54,912 nt of DNA from Octopus bimaculoides (lineage: Eukaryota), in assembly GCF_001194135.2 (NCBI RefSeq), contig NC_068985.1, positions 100,642,592-100,697,503 on the forward strand, read 5' to 3'. The notes below the pieces were generated by a model that did not search any database, was not told the DNA's origin, and saw nothing but the letters and a program-made list of their open reading frames with translations. Positions 11,394 through 23,887 of the stretch are shown here, piece by piece. Positions within the stretch are counted from its first letter, which is position 1. Each line of letters starts with the position of its first letter. The position numbers and the translations under genes were made by a program.

Positions 11394-11561
11394 TGTTTTA
11401 TAGAATTAGTAATAATGGTACGCCTCTGCCACGTAAAGAACGGAATAACCTAGACACTATAAGTAAACAGTAGTACCAGAGTACGTAGTAGGTGGTGAGA
11501 GAAAGTCGTGTTTTTACTGGTTTTACTAAGTATATTTTATACCGAAATGGGCGTTATAACA
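11394..11561 (+). repeat. 3' LTR (168 bp)
   Basis: Starts TGTTTT, ends ATAACA; shares GAATAACCTAG..CTATAAGTAAA and the TATATTTT..GAAAT..TAACA end with the 5' copy. Confidence 0.75.
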
Positions 11562-11801
11562 ATCCAACAAAATAAAGATTATAACAAATTTTAATGATGC
11601 AGACTGGTTTGTCTTGAACGATATAACTAAGTCAAAGCCCTGCTTAGAATAATGCAATATGGTGTTGGAACCGAGGCACTTTCTTCAATTACCTTTTAGC
11701 CCTTTCAGTTATAAGCACCATTTAGAAGTCTGTATCTGTTTTTCTTTCTTTATACACCTGCACTATTCATTGGGCATTTCGCACAGGGAAAAATAAATCT
11801 C

Positions 11802-11856
11802 AACAGCAATGCAACAAAATTAATTCAATGAGAATTAATTTTGTTGCATTGCTGTT
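11802..11856. repeat. Perfect 25-bp inverted repeat, 5-nt loop
   Basis: AACAGCAATGCAACAAAATTAATTC-AATGA-GAATTAATTTTGTTGCATTGCTGTT. Confidence 0.95.
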
Positions 11857-12860
11857 TAAGTGAATCTTTGTGGTTAGAAAATACTTAATTTCACAGTAGG
11901 TAGAATTTGCAAGGAATTATTGTATGCTATCGCATATGCCATATCGATCCAAAACCTGAGAATAACCGATAACAATCGGTAGAGTAGAGTAAATTCAGCA
12001 CTACCTTCAAATATTGATTAAGGATTGAAGCCCATCACATAACGCTGAAAGGTGAATCGTAAATTAATTGATTCTTATAAGATTCGGAAAAGATTACTTT
12101 ACAGAGACGTCATCTATGTTGGCCTTGAAAACAGGCTTCCTTACAGCAGTGCTTTAATCGCAAGCTATGTCCGCCTTCATTATAGCAATAACTGTTGGTC
12201 ACTTTCTGCCGCTTGGTTTTGTAATTCTGGCGAGATAATCATTTCTTTGGATGCAAATATATATTTCACAATCTTTTACAGGTAAATTTTTATAAGTTTT
12301 CTTTCTCGAAGTTTCTTTTTCCAGTTTCTTTTATTTCTTTCATTTCTCTGATGCTCAATGGTAGTATGTAGGCGAATTTCACATGTCATATGTTATGATA
12401 ATCTAAATTTAGTAACATAATCATATACTGGATTAACAAGCAAATGTTTGAAAAATCCGTAAAATGCCAAAACTAAATGTTAACTGAGTAAACAAGAAAC
12501 TAAGAAAAAATAAGGAACTAATATTCTTTCATGGTGATACGTCTGATTAGATTACGCAGACAACATCTTGAATCATTTTAATTGCCTGCAACCACACAAT
12601 GAGGAGTGGAGTAACGTGACCTTGTTGGGATATGAATAACGTCGATATATATACATCGTTATGAACACTTAACATAGGGGATGTCCAGGCAAAGATAATT
12701 AAATCTGCTCTCGTGTGTTCATTGCAAGGAACATAACACCTACACAGATCATATTGTTACTGCTCACTCAATCTCTGTTGGATGCTGACTATTTTGCAAA
12801 ATGATAGCAACAGCATATACTACCCTCCCGTAAATATTAAGCTTGAAAATGTATAATATT

Positions 12861-13125
12861 GAGTTCACATTTTGGCACAAGTCCAGCAATTTTATGGGCA
12901 GGGCGAAGCTGATTAGATCGACTGAACTGTCTAACTCGTACTTATTTTATAGATCCTGAAAGGATGAAAGACAACATCGACCCCGGCGGCATTTGAACTT
13001 AGAACGTAATGCCGCATTTGGACTCAGTACCTAAATGATGCTAAGCATTCTTCCGGCGTGTTACCCATTCTGCCAGCGTGTTACCCATTCTGCCAACGTT
13101 TTAACCATTGTCACAGCTCGCCACC
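12861..13125 (-). mobile_element. SINE family A with tandemly duplicated head segment
   Basis: Family A core (GATCCTGAAAGGATGAAAG, GGCATTTGAACTTAGAAC on plus); CGTGTTACCCATTCTGCCA repeated at 13057 and 13077. Confidence 0.85.
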
Positions 13126-14069
13126 ATCCTATTCTATATGGCGTAGCTATACTAATTTCATCACATTCTATACCAAAGTTAGCGTTGTTGTCTTCGAGGG
13201 ACCAGATCCACTAATCATGTAAATTCATTTAAGGATAAAAATGAGATGAATTGCAGGATACCGAGTAAGTTAATCTGAATGATGCACTTGACATATCTAT
13301 TGATAGCGCAATGTCTTCAACACTACAATATATTACTTTCCCTTGACACGAATTTTGGTTCTACAGGAATATCTGAATTATTGCACGTATCGAATTCGGT
13401 ATTGATATTTAGTATATAACCACGTACACACTTCAGGTCACTCGATTTCGAGTTATGTTCATATTGAGTTGGTTAGTTTACGGTATTGTTTCTCATATTA
13501 ATAGAATAAGCTCTACTATACGAAAAATGCAGTGAGTAAAATAATTTTATACTTCAGTCAAGTCTTCTATCTATTTTTTTGACACAGTAAGAAAATGTTA
13601 TTCATTATCTTAGGAGTGAAGCTTTGATATATGTTTTCAAGGAATTGAAGCGTGCTAGTCTAAAAATAGGATATAATAGAAATTTATTGGTTCTTCTACA
13701 GGGTGTATAAAACACGTCGTTTCATTGAGGCTAGAAGATATTTCGTGATTCACTGAAAGGAAGACATACAATTCATACACGAACTACTCATATACAGAGA
13801 AGAAATACAAAATCTATATTCAATACTCACCGTGTAAAGACATAATTAGTGCTTGCGTGCAGTTGTTCCAGGCATGTAGGAAAGTAGTTATTACGATAAC
13901 GCAGAAACACAGGGAAGGGTGTTCGAAGCCAATTACATTTCACTCTATTTGGTGCCTTATTCCAATTCATGTTGTAAACCGTTAAGTTATAACAAATTCC
14001 ATTATACTTGCGTCTCAGAATAGAAATATACTTTAACGTGTAATTGGATATGTATATGAAGATATATTT

Positions 14070-14306
14070 ACACACACACACACACACACACACAGACACA
14101 GACACATACAGACACACATAGACACACACACACACATACAGACACACAGAGACACACACACAGAGACACACACACATATGCATACATNNNNNNNNNNCAC
14201 AGACACATACAGACACACATAGACACACACACACACATACAGACACACAGAGACACACACACAGAGACACACACACATATGCATACATACATGCATACAC
14301 ACATAT

Positions 14307-14357
<51 letters not shown>

Positions 14358-14360
14358 CAT
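14070..14360. repeat. (CA/CAGA)n-(TA)n microsatellite with 10-N gap
   Basis: Direct reading; 91 bp duplicated across the gap. Confidence 0.9.
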
Positions 14361-16130
14361 ACAAGCAGGCGAACCCGGCGTTGCTCGGGATTAAATAGTA
14401 TAATGGGTGAGTCACGAAATCCAAGAAATTGAATGTTAGTTATTGTGGAGATCTTTGCGTATTAATGATCATAGAATATTTAAGTTTGAAGGCGATGCTA
14501 ATCAGAGCTACTGAAGTATTTGGGGAGTAGATTACGGATAATGAGTACAACACATAGTTGTTTTACATGAAAGCGAAATTTCTTGTCAGAAACAGCCACA
14601 GAATTTATGTTAGGAAATTGAAGGTATTTGTTGAAACTTCCCCTCTGCGATTTTATTTTATACAACGGGAAACGGAGCTATCTTTTCCTTCAGAAGTATG
14701 ATTGGTACGTTCAAAAATCGCAATATAATACCGCCTTCAAAATGCAGAGTTAAAATAATGTCTTTAAAACGTGCCTGCAGTGTACGCCCACTCTGAAATT
14801 GACTTCAGGTAACGCAAAATGAAGATATGAATATTCTGAATTCAGTTCACGAACACTGCATTTAATCTTTAGCGATTCGCAGGGAAAAGACGTCACGTTC
14901 GAAATATCATAATACATGAGTAAATAAGCATCCGTAAAGTGAAACAACACATAGCTTGGTACATAAAGTTATCAAGAAATAGAAGAGAGGGATGAGAACC
15001 TCACCTTTCAAATACATCAGAATAGGTAACGATAACCTTGCCTATGTTTATTGTAGTTTGAATACGATGATTAAGATTGTTTATTATTGGATATTAATCG
15101 CGTACAGCGTTCCTAGTCAATTTAATCACCTTGGCAGGTGCACAATCGAAATATATAAATAGACAAAATCCTTTCACTTTTATAATATTCTCTAACCAAG
15201 TAATAATACACAATTACAATATATAAAGAAATAAATAATAACAGGTAGACAGTCGAAAGAAATGAATAGACAACATTCTTTCACTTTCATTATATTATCT
15301 AAGCAAGTAATAACACATAATTGAAAAATATAAATAAATGATAAGTTAAAAGAAAAATATGAAAACCATAAAAAAATATTCTTTAATACCAATATACGAC
15401 CATATAGATTCAAAAAGTATGGAAGACCCTACATAAATAAAACTATTCACATACAAAGATTAGAAAAATCGTGTAAAGCACCGTTTTCCAGGTTTGTTCA
15501 TTTACCCGGAACTTCTGGGTAAAATGTTACAGTGCGTAACCATCCGACGGACATAAGTAATGCGTGTATAAAGTTTGGTTAAAATCGGTTGAGAATTGTG
15601 GAATGCATGCGTTAGTCATTATACACACACATACTGTGATTTACATACACTATCTCTCTTTCTCTCTCTCTCTCTCAAATATATATANNNNNNNNNNNNN
15701 NNNNNNNNNNNNNNNNNNNNNNNNNNNNNNNNNNNNNNNNNNNNNNNNNNNNNNNNNNNNNNNNNNNNNNNNNNNNNNNNNNNNNNNNNNNNNNNNNNNN
15801 NNNNNNNNNNNNNNNNNNNNNNNNNNNNNNNNNNNNNNNNNNNNNNNNNNNNNNNNNNNNNNNNNNNNNNNNNNNNNNNNNNNNNNNNNNNNNNNNNNNN
15901 NNNNNNNNNNNNNNNNNNNNNNNNNNNNNNNNNNNNNNNNNNNNNNNNNNNNNNNNNNNNNNNNNNNNNNNNNNNNNNNNNNNNNNNNNNNNNNNNNNNN
16001 NNNNNNNNNNNNNNNNNNNNNNNNNNNNNNNNNNNNNNNNNNNNNNNNNNNNNNNNNNNNNNNNNAGAAAGAGAGAAATAGAAGAGAGAAAGAAAAGGAG
16101 AGATAAGATTTTAGATAAGAAAACAATTTA
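14361..16130 (-). mobile_element. Non-autonomous Helitron with 3' terminus at about 14362; 5' boundary uncertain
   Basis: Minus strand ends CCCGAGCAACGCCGGG hairpin + 8 nt + CTTG|T (canonical hairpin-CTRR|T, one mismatch); 14632-14508 reads NINSVAVSDKKFRFHVKQLCVVLIIRNLLPK, like the Pif1-type helicase motif LNS..P.H.L.LKVG.P.MLLRNL; AAGTTTGGTTAAAATCGG near 15570 plus an internal microsatellite resemble non-autonomous Helitrons. Confidence 0.55.
15688..16065. other. Assembly gap (N-run) within (CT)/(TA)/(GA) repeats
   Basis: 378 N. Confidence 0.99.
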
Positions 16131-16526
16131 GATAGAATTATAGATTATGGAAATGATCCAGTTTTGTACTAGTCATATAATTTTTCTTTAAATGCAACAT
16201 TAACAAAATATTTATTTTGATTTCAAACGTGCTATAATAGTATTTTTAAAAAATAGGTGTCAAGAGAGAAAATAAACTTCCATGACTTTCGTAATAAAAT
16301 CATTTATATTTTCTGTGTAGATTTTTATTTCATAATTTTATTTCTGTTGATAATGTTACACTCCACTATATGAATCTTTATTACTTCTATTAAATTTGCT
16401 CATTATCATAAAATTCAGTCTTGGATCCTATCCACGCTAGTAGTCAGACATCTTTGTTGATATTTTGGTATTATCTTACAGATTTTTTTTTCTAAGTGTT
16501 ATGGACATAATACCATTATTCAAATT

Positions 16527-16660
16527 CAGGCGCCTAGTTGGCAGAATCGTTAGCATACCAGACAAAACTGCTTAGCGGCAGTTCATACGTCTTTAGGTTC
16601 TAAGTTAAAATTCCGCTAAGGTCGTCTTTATGATTTAATCTGTGGGTGTCTTTAAAATAG
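16527..16660 (+). mobile_element. SINE family A, degenerate, 3' truncated
   Basis: GGCGCCTAGTTGGCAGAATCGTTAGCA...TGCTTAGCGG...AAGTTAAAATTCCGC. Confidence 0.8.
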
Positions 16661-16764
16661 GTACTATTTTAACACTGCACTTGTTGTAAGCTACGAGTCT
16701 CTCCACGCCGAATTCCATGTTTGAGCTTATAGTAGAACGGACAACTCTAATTATGGTGTTCACA

Positions 16765-16955
16765 TGGCAAAAATTGTTAGCACCCCGCACACAATGCTTA
16801 TCGGGATTTCCTTCGTGTTTAAGTTCTGAGTTAAAATTCCGCTTTTCGTCGCTTTAGGGTCGATTCGTATCAGTTTAGCACTGTGGTCGATGTCATCGGC
16901 TATCTCCTTCTTAAATAGTTTCACGCCTTATGGCAAGAGTAGGAAAGATTATTAT
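16765..16955 (+). mobile_element. SINE family A, degenerate
   Basis: TGGCAAAAATTGTTAGCACC...GTTCTGAGTTAAAATTCCGC...GGGTCGAT...GCACTGTGGTCGATGT. Confidence 0.7.
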
Positions 16956-16959
16956 ATGT

Positions 16960-18440
16960 TGCTAACGAATACCATAATTGATAGAAAGCTTGTCAAAATA
17001 TCTTGTGGAGATTATTCCGGTTCCTTTCCATTTGGCTTCAAATCACAAGGTGCTGGGTCGATACAATAAATTACGATCCGACAAGTGTGTCAATTATATG
17101 TTGTCTTGGAATATGCAGACATAATTTCAATCGTATGCAACATTTAATTCGCTAATCCTTTCGGCGGAAGCTACAGACACATGTCAAATAGCTTTATTCC
17201 GATATCAATGTATTCTGCATAAAATTTGCATTTTAATGTTTTCAGAAGGAAAGCTGTTTATATTTAAAATTCTTTGTCTCCACTATGAATTTTGCCTTTT
17301 TAGCCAGTATTCTCAGCATTCCTATGTTTATTTCCACCATGAGTTTATTTGGTTTTCAAATTATCGAAGTTAAGTTTCTCGTTATCCCTTTATCGTGTCA
17401 ATCTGCTGTCCCATTTTTTGCTAATATTGCCGGTTTTCAAATTTCCTGTTATTTTTCTTCAAATCCGTCTATCACGTTATCCTGTATTTTGAATGCATTA
17501 GCTTCCTTGAAGACGAAGATTAGTTTATATCTGTTTTGCTCATGATTTATGGATATTTATATGAGTATTCTATTTGATATCTTTTTTGGATATTTCATAA
17601 AATATCTATTAGTTGCTTAAGGCCTCTACATTTCTACGTTCATAGCAAATATTGTCATTCTATAGCAGATGTTGTGTGGTTTATTATGAATGTAGTCATT
17701 AGTTTTCTTGGCTCTAAGGCGGCTAGCTGGTAGAATCGCTAGCACTCCGAAAAATGCTTAGCAAGCATTTCTTCTAGCTTTATGTTCCGGGTTCAAATGC
17801 CGCCGAGGTTAATGGAGAACATTTCCTGTTTCCATTAGTATTTTAAGCTATCAAATACTTTTGTATACCAATCCAATTTCTATTAATATCTCCTTAACCC
17901 TTTTTACAATTTTCTACGATTTATGTTACACCAGTTGGTACAATCTACTTACAATCCATTTAGGCAATTAAACGATGTTGTAAATGCCTGAAATATTTTA
18001 TGCTTTTGAAGAAATATTCCTGTTTTCAATATGTTGCTCGAAATAATTTCTTTTTTTTGTTTTTACTCTCAAAAAGTTTTCGTTATTATTCATCCAGTAT
18101 TCTTCTATTTTTGAGAGTCTTTCTTTTCATATATGGTCTTGTTCGCGAAGTAATGATAGACATATCTTTGTTCAAACATTAAATTTATGTAATATATTTT
18201 CCTTTTATTATTCCGTGGAATTGTAATCCGATTTCCTTATAACGACTGTTGATGTGTAGATTGGATCTTTAATTATGCAGATATTGGGGCCATTTGTTGC
18301 CAGGTGCCGATTGTTTTGTCAGTCTCTATCTTATTTTACTTGTCTGTCGTATATTTTTGTTTATTGGTTTGTAACTTCCTAAGGTGCTTACGCTGTCCCT
18401 TATTCATTGATTTAGTGCTTTCCTCTTAATACAATTTTAC
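16960..18440 (-). mobile_element. Heavily decayed non-LTR retrotransposon, R4/Dong-like (RLE type), interrupted by a SINE
   Basis: Minus frames give RKLFES (cf. QNRLFES), KHEQNRYKLIFVFKEAN (cf. HE.NKKLYSI.KEA), K*THG (cf. KPLHG) and LCRI..HVS (CCHC-region-like), colinear but riddled with stops. Confidence 0.4.
17716..17812 (+). mobile_element. SINE family A, tRNA-like head only
   Basis: AAGGCGGCTAGCTGGTAGAATCGCTAGCAC...AATGCTTAGC...GGGTTCAAATGCCGCCGAGGT. Confidence 0.85.
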
Positions 18441-19199
18441 TTTTATTATAGCAATTATTAGTAATTGCAATGTTGCTGCTACTGCTGCTGCTAATAATGA
18501 TGCTTTTGTTGCTTCAAAAGACCATGCAATTCGTAACTCCGCCTAGAAGATATTAATTTCACGATTATTACTTCATGAAGAAAAAAACTCTTTCCGTTTT
18601 GACAGCAGAGTTGGTGGTTGCAATTTTGTGGCTCAAAATAGAAAATCAGATTTAAAAGACTCGAATCAGCAAGAACTCCGCAACACAGCATGCGCAAATG
18701 TCGCTGTCTATGAGTAATTATTTGCTAAAGACTACTTGATAAACACTTTATAAAAAAAATGAACATTTCTGAGTGTGATTGATTCCCTTTAGTGTAGCAT
18801 GCGTGTTATTTAAATAGCTGAATCGGGATATCGTCTACTTTAAGAAGGGGAAATAGAATTCATATCCATTTTGCCGTGTTCTGCATCGGCATATGAAAGT
18901 GTACGACCGATTACTGCCAAAACCGATGAAGAAGATACACTACGCGTTTGTTCAGTCTTCTTCCACAATATTTATCACACGAAATGGATGATGAAAACCA
19001 GAGATGTTCAAGCAAATGTTCTTGATTTATTCATTTCTTTGAATGTTCTGTAAAGTAATAAATATCACATTAAAAATAACCCCTCATAGAACCAGACATC
19101 CACTATAAGACAAAAAGAGGAGTAAGTGGAGAGTAATGAATCTTTCTTTGTTCACAGTATTAGATCAATGATTTTAGGTACCCTGAAGAAATGAACACT

Positions 19200-19620
19200 A
19201 TAAAATTTCCATAATCTTCATTTCTACATTCGTAATTTCCACATTCATAATCTGCCATCGATAGCTTCGCCCCATTTCTAAAGCAAATTCTGTGCATATA
19301 TCAAGTTTTATAAAGAGGAATATCCAATCCAACTATGGAAGACAAATGACACTGACGTGTCAGTATACGCTCCTAAACCAGCTCTTAGGATTCGTTTTGC
19401 AACCTTATTAAATGCTTCAAATGTTCTCTTTTTGCAACTAATCTGTTAACAGTTTAGCCCTGTGTGATATATTTCGGCATAATATAAGTATTATAAAATT
19501 TCAAACTGTGTCATTCACATTTCCAAACTAATGCCATACAATTCACATTAAAGGCCATTTTCTTATTACACTTCTCACCGATCACCAACGTTGTGTATTT
19601 CTTGTCTTTACACCTACAAG
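19200..19620 (-). mobile_element. Possible RTE-type LINE remnant (post-RT region)
   Basis: Minus frames TTLVIGEK, EAFNKVAKRIL and EAIDGRL*MWKLRM resemble K.MVIG, .AFN.L.KIL and LDAFEMWCLRR; weak. Confidence 0.3.
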
Positions 19621-20654
19621 TTACAACCAGACATATCAATGGAATTTGTAAATGGCAACTTCATGACACATATATATGAATGACGTATACAAGGAAGTTA
19701 TGAAATATAGAAATATGTGTATTAGTAAATATAAAAATCACGTGTTAAGCACGTGAAAAATAATTTGTGTCTAGACATTGGATAATTGCATCATTGGAAG
19801 TGATTGAGAGTATACCATAAATTTAAAATAACAAACACTAAGAAATGAAAGCCTATAATGAAACTGTAGGTTATTATTTCGTTAAATATATATTAATAGA
19901 CGATTTCTAGAATAAAGTGACCTCCATTACACATATAAAGTGTGCACAGATACAGCTTCGTTTGATATGTATCAAATATAATGGTGACGCGGCTGTTACG
20001 AATACCAACCAAATTTCTTTCAAATCAGACTCAAGCAAGTTTATCATTCGTTATGTACAACGTCATATGATATATTTACATATAATTTGAACAGAGTAAA
20101 ATATCTGCGTCGTTGCTAATTATAGTGCAAATTGTTATACAAATAAGTTCATTTACGATTCCCAGTTACAAGTATCTGTTGAATAATAATGGATCAAATA
20201 TAAAGAGGAATCATCACCAATATCTCTGGAGAAAATATTCGAACATTGCTGTCAAATACCTTTGAGGAATAATCGCACAAGCCATACCAAGGATTCCAAA
20301 ATGGCTTAAAATCATTTCCTATCATTTGTGTTACTAATGTTTTGCAATAAACGTAAATGTATAATTCTGATTACTTTGTCACTAATGGATAAAGCGCCAA
20401 ATATTTACATCCTTTTCTTCTATCACGTTCACTTATCTATTGAAATAGGGTAATTGCATAAATTATACATGTGATATTTGAAGAGAAAACACTTCGACGC
20501 CGTATAATATAGCAAAATATAAAAACTACGGTTATATTGCCTTTCAAGTCTTCGTGGGATATATAATATATCTGCATATAATAACTATAATTTTTCCTTA
20601 GGATTATATTGCCTTGTATCAAAGTTATAATAAAATCTCATGACGCTACTGATA

Positions 20655-20770
20655 CTCGCTACCGTAATCATCTCTGTGGTTGTCATCGTCATTGCCGTTG
20701 TCATCGCTGTTGTCAACCTCAATATCATTATCAACATCATTGTCATCGTTGACGTTGTTCTCGTCAACAT
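20655..20770. repeat. Degenerate (ATC/GTC)n trinucleotide repeat
   Basis: Direct reading. Confidence 0.8.
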
Positions 20771-21337
20771 TTCATTATAAAACATTTGCATTATAATTTC
20801 CATTCTCCCGAGAAATATATTGCATCGTACTAAGGTTTCAATAAAACTCAATAATGGTAGTGACAAGGCACCTCCTCTTCTTCACCTCAAAATCATTGTC
20901 TTCGTTTTATTACATTTTTAAAGTTTAAATTGTATTTCTCCTTCCTCTTAGGAACAAACTAAATCAACAATATTTCTTGTTACTCGAAACTTTTCCTTGT
21001 CAAGAAAAACTGTTTTGATAATTTACCGACTTTCAATATACTCTGCCACTCGGAGAAATGGTAGTGTCGGTGTTTTGTCCAAGATACAAACCTTCTTGGT
21101 TGTTGAGATACAAATTAACAACCACATATCCTGTTACAACTCGACTACCGCACACCCAAGTACTTTTGTGGTACTTTTAACAAACTTTATCTTCCTGAGA
21201 TTGTAGTCCTTACTACATGTGATTCATCCGATTGCCAAGTATGACTCATTATATTTTTAATTTAACAGACAAATATCGATGTAAATAAGCGTTGTCAATT
21301 CTAGGGACGTCAATGTATTACATGCACCAAATTTGTC

Positions 21338-21440
21338 AAGCTGGCAGAATTGTCTCTGTAACAAATATAACGCAAAGTCTTAGCTATTTTTCTTCACGCA
21401 CTTTACGTTCTGAGTTTAATCTTTCCTTTTTAAAGAGTGA
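21338..21440 (+). mobile_element. SINE family A, very degenerate head
   Basis: AAGCTGGCAGAATTG...CTTAGC...CTTTACGTTCTGAGTTTAAT. Confidence 0.6.
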
Positions 21441-23689
21441 TAAAAAGGCAGCAATTGAACACTGTAGTCACTGTAATTGAATAATGACCTCCCCACAAGT
21501 TTCAAGCCTTGTGCTTATAAGCCTGAAATTTTCTGCCTATAATAAACAGAGAAAAAAAAAAGAGAATTACATATAATTTCACGAATGCGTGGATATCAAA
21601 ATCATAAGAATCCCTAAAAGATTTAGGTACAGTAGCTTTCACTTGATTCAATCATTGGACTGCAACCATGATGGGTGAAAGTCTCGAATGAATCAACAAC
21701 AGTATTTATAAATTGAAAACCTTGAGCTTATTCTATTGTTCTCTGATGCAGAACTGCAAAGTTACGAAGACGTAAACACCCCCCCAAAAAACCCACCGAT
21801 GTTTAGTACCTGTGGTGGAATTTGGTTATTGAATGTTTGAGAAGGTATTTTCATGACGCTGGATGATGTACTTCTATTATCGTATTCGATATTAAGTTAG
21901 ATACAATCAAATGGATTAGAATTATGCGTTTTGGAAATACCACGGCGTTTTTGTCCGATTCGAACCAAGGAAAATGATATATAATAGTAGATACGGTGAA
22001 CTTATTATAACTATTCCTTACGGATTTGTAAAACAACGTTAAATTTCTTGATAACGAGTGTTCTACTTCCTAATTTTGTTACTGAAAATTCGAAATGAAC
22101 GACTACTTTCCAATTAAAACAGGCACTTAAATTTATAAGGCGCCTAAGGCAATTGTCATTGATTACAATAACCGTTATTTTGAATTAATTTCAATGTAAA
22201 ATTCTGAAGCAACGGCAAAACCTAGCTGGATATTGCATGAGGAAAACATAAAATGTAGTTAAAATATTTTCCCCTGCATCCACATGCAGCAGAGCAACTA
22301 TAAAGCTAATGGAAACAAATATAAATAGTAAAACAGATTGTTTGGGTGTAATAATAGAAATAATGGATCAATTTACGGTTTATATTGCTGCCTCATGGAC
22401 AGTCATCACCGGGAACATACGTACTAAAAAATATATACGCTAATAATATTCTGTATCAGAAAATAATAAAGAAACATTTTTACATTGATAAAGGTTATTG
22501 TTTAGCGCATTTGGCAGCAGGACTCATTTACCTTGAGTAGTTACATAAATAAATGTGTGGATAAATGAAAACGGATGGCGATAAGTTAAAAAAGAATACT
22601 GGTTACAAATGTGTTTAAGATGCGCAATGCAAGAACTTCAGTTAACGTTAAAAGAATCTGGATTGAGTTATCGGAGAAATCTATGGATAGGACACACTTG
22701 GACTCGAGTTTGTTGTCTTGGAGAGAATTAAACTAAACAGTGGATAACATTGATTTATTTCCTGTTCAGAACATCTTAGTTTGATAAACGTACAGAGAAG
22801 ATAAAACTAATACTTCATAGCTCTGCTGACGATTAATGAATAATATGGAAACAATTGGATGAAGGGGCTTCTATTTCAGTTTTGCGAATATATGCCATGA
22901 TCTGAGGCAAAAATTAATGGGATCGTTCTTGTTTATGTACCACTGTCAACACAAAGTCTCAAACGATGTGTTAGTAAAATAAATGAATACATTAGAAAAA
23001 CAAACATAGCAACTATATGTTACATAAAACATGCAGAGGGTTAAAAATTAAACGCTTAGCGGATATAAAAATATTTTCGGCACCCGTCAAAAAATGCCAC
23101 TTTCATTATCGGTGACTACATGGATCTCGCCAAAATGTTTTGGCGCTGAAATAAAACGGGGGTTTTTCACTAGTTTCAAAAATCCGATGTCACAGCACCG
23201 CATTTATTAACCGTCACAATTCCAACAACACTGTAAATATTTTGATTTTGTTATCTTCTAATAATTTGCCTCTGGGATACTGTTTTCCTTTATTTCAACG
23301 TCTCACTCTTATTTATGGATTTTTTTCCTTAGATATGCAATTCGAAATCACAACAAATATATTTCCATATCTAATGTCAGCTAGGCACAATATCGTATGC
23401 ATACATAGTAGACATGCAGAAATACATGCACAGACATACGCAATGAGGCAGATGGTTGTGTTAGCATCGAAGTCGAAGGTTTTGTAACTGACGGGGGCAG
23501 AAATTGTATATCATCGGAAGAAATGTAACTAGATCCCATTATACAGGTAAAACGTTGCAATAATATAAATCGTGTATATATGAAGGTCTATATTTGAAGA
23601 TCTATGTAAGATCTATGTATGGAAGCGTGTGGAAATTATTAGATAACCCTCTATCCGTACTCCTTCTTGTTGATTCTATCTTATTCAAT

Positions 23690-23800
23690 TATGTGTGTTT
23701 GTTTGTAAGTGTGTGTGCTTGTGCGTGTTTGTGTGTGTGTAAGCATATAAGTATATATGTATACATGTATGTGTGTATGTATAACAGTGTGTGTGTAAAG

Positions 23801-23887
<87 letters not shown>

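Larger units (their letters stand above)
10039..11561 (+). mobile_element. Internally deleted Ty3/Gypsy LTR retrotransposon (K02A2.6-like pol)
   Basis: TG...CA bounded repeats at 10039-10200 and 11394-11561, purine-rich AAAAGGGTAG just before the 3' repeat, and a pol-derived interior. Confidence 0.85.

Noticed and set aside
13826-14030. Minus-strand GTGAGT donor preceded by an open frame (..TCLEQLHASTNYVFT)
   Set aside because: No convincing acceptor or recognisable homology; upstream sequence is microsatellite.
14097-14288. Exact 91-bp duplication across a 10-N gap
   Set aside because: Typical unmerged contig overlap; most likely an assembly artefact.
13827-14424. CV/HT/YI-repeat ORFs here and at 23594-23974, 41808-42423, 47226-47622, 51924-52337
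   Set aside because: Translations of dinucleotide microsatellites.
21000-21170. Protein-looking minus frame KSTWVCGSRVVTGYVVVNLYLNNQEGLYLGQN and similar short frames near 3400, 22400 and 28800
   Set aside because: Short open stretches, weak splice signals, no family recognised; within chance expectation.
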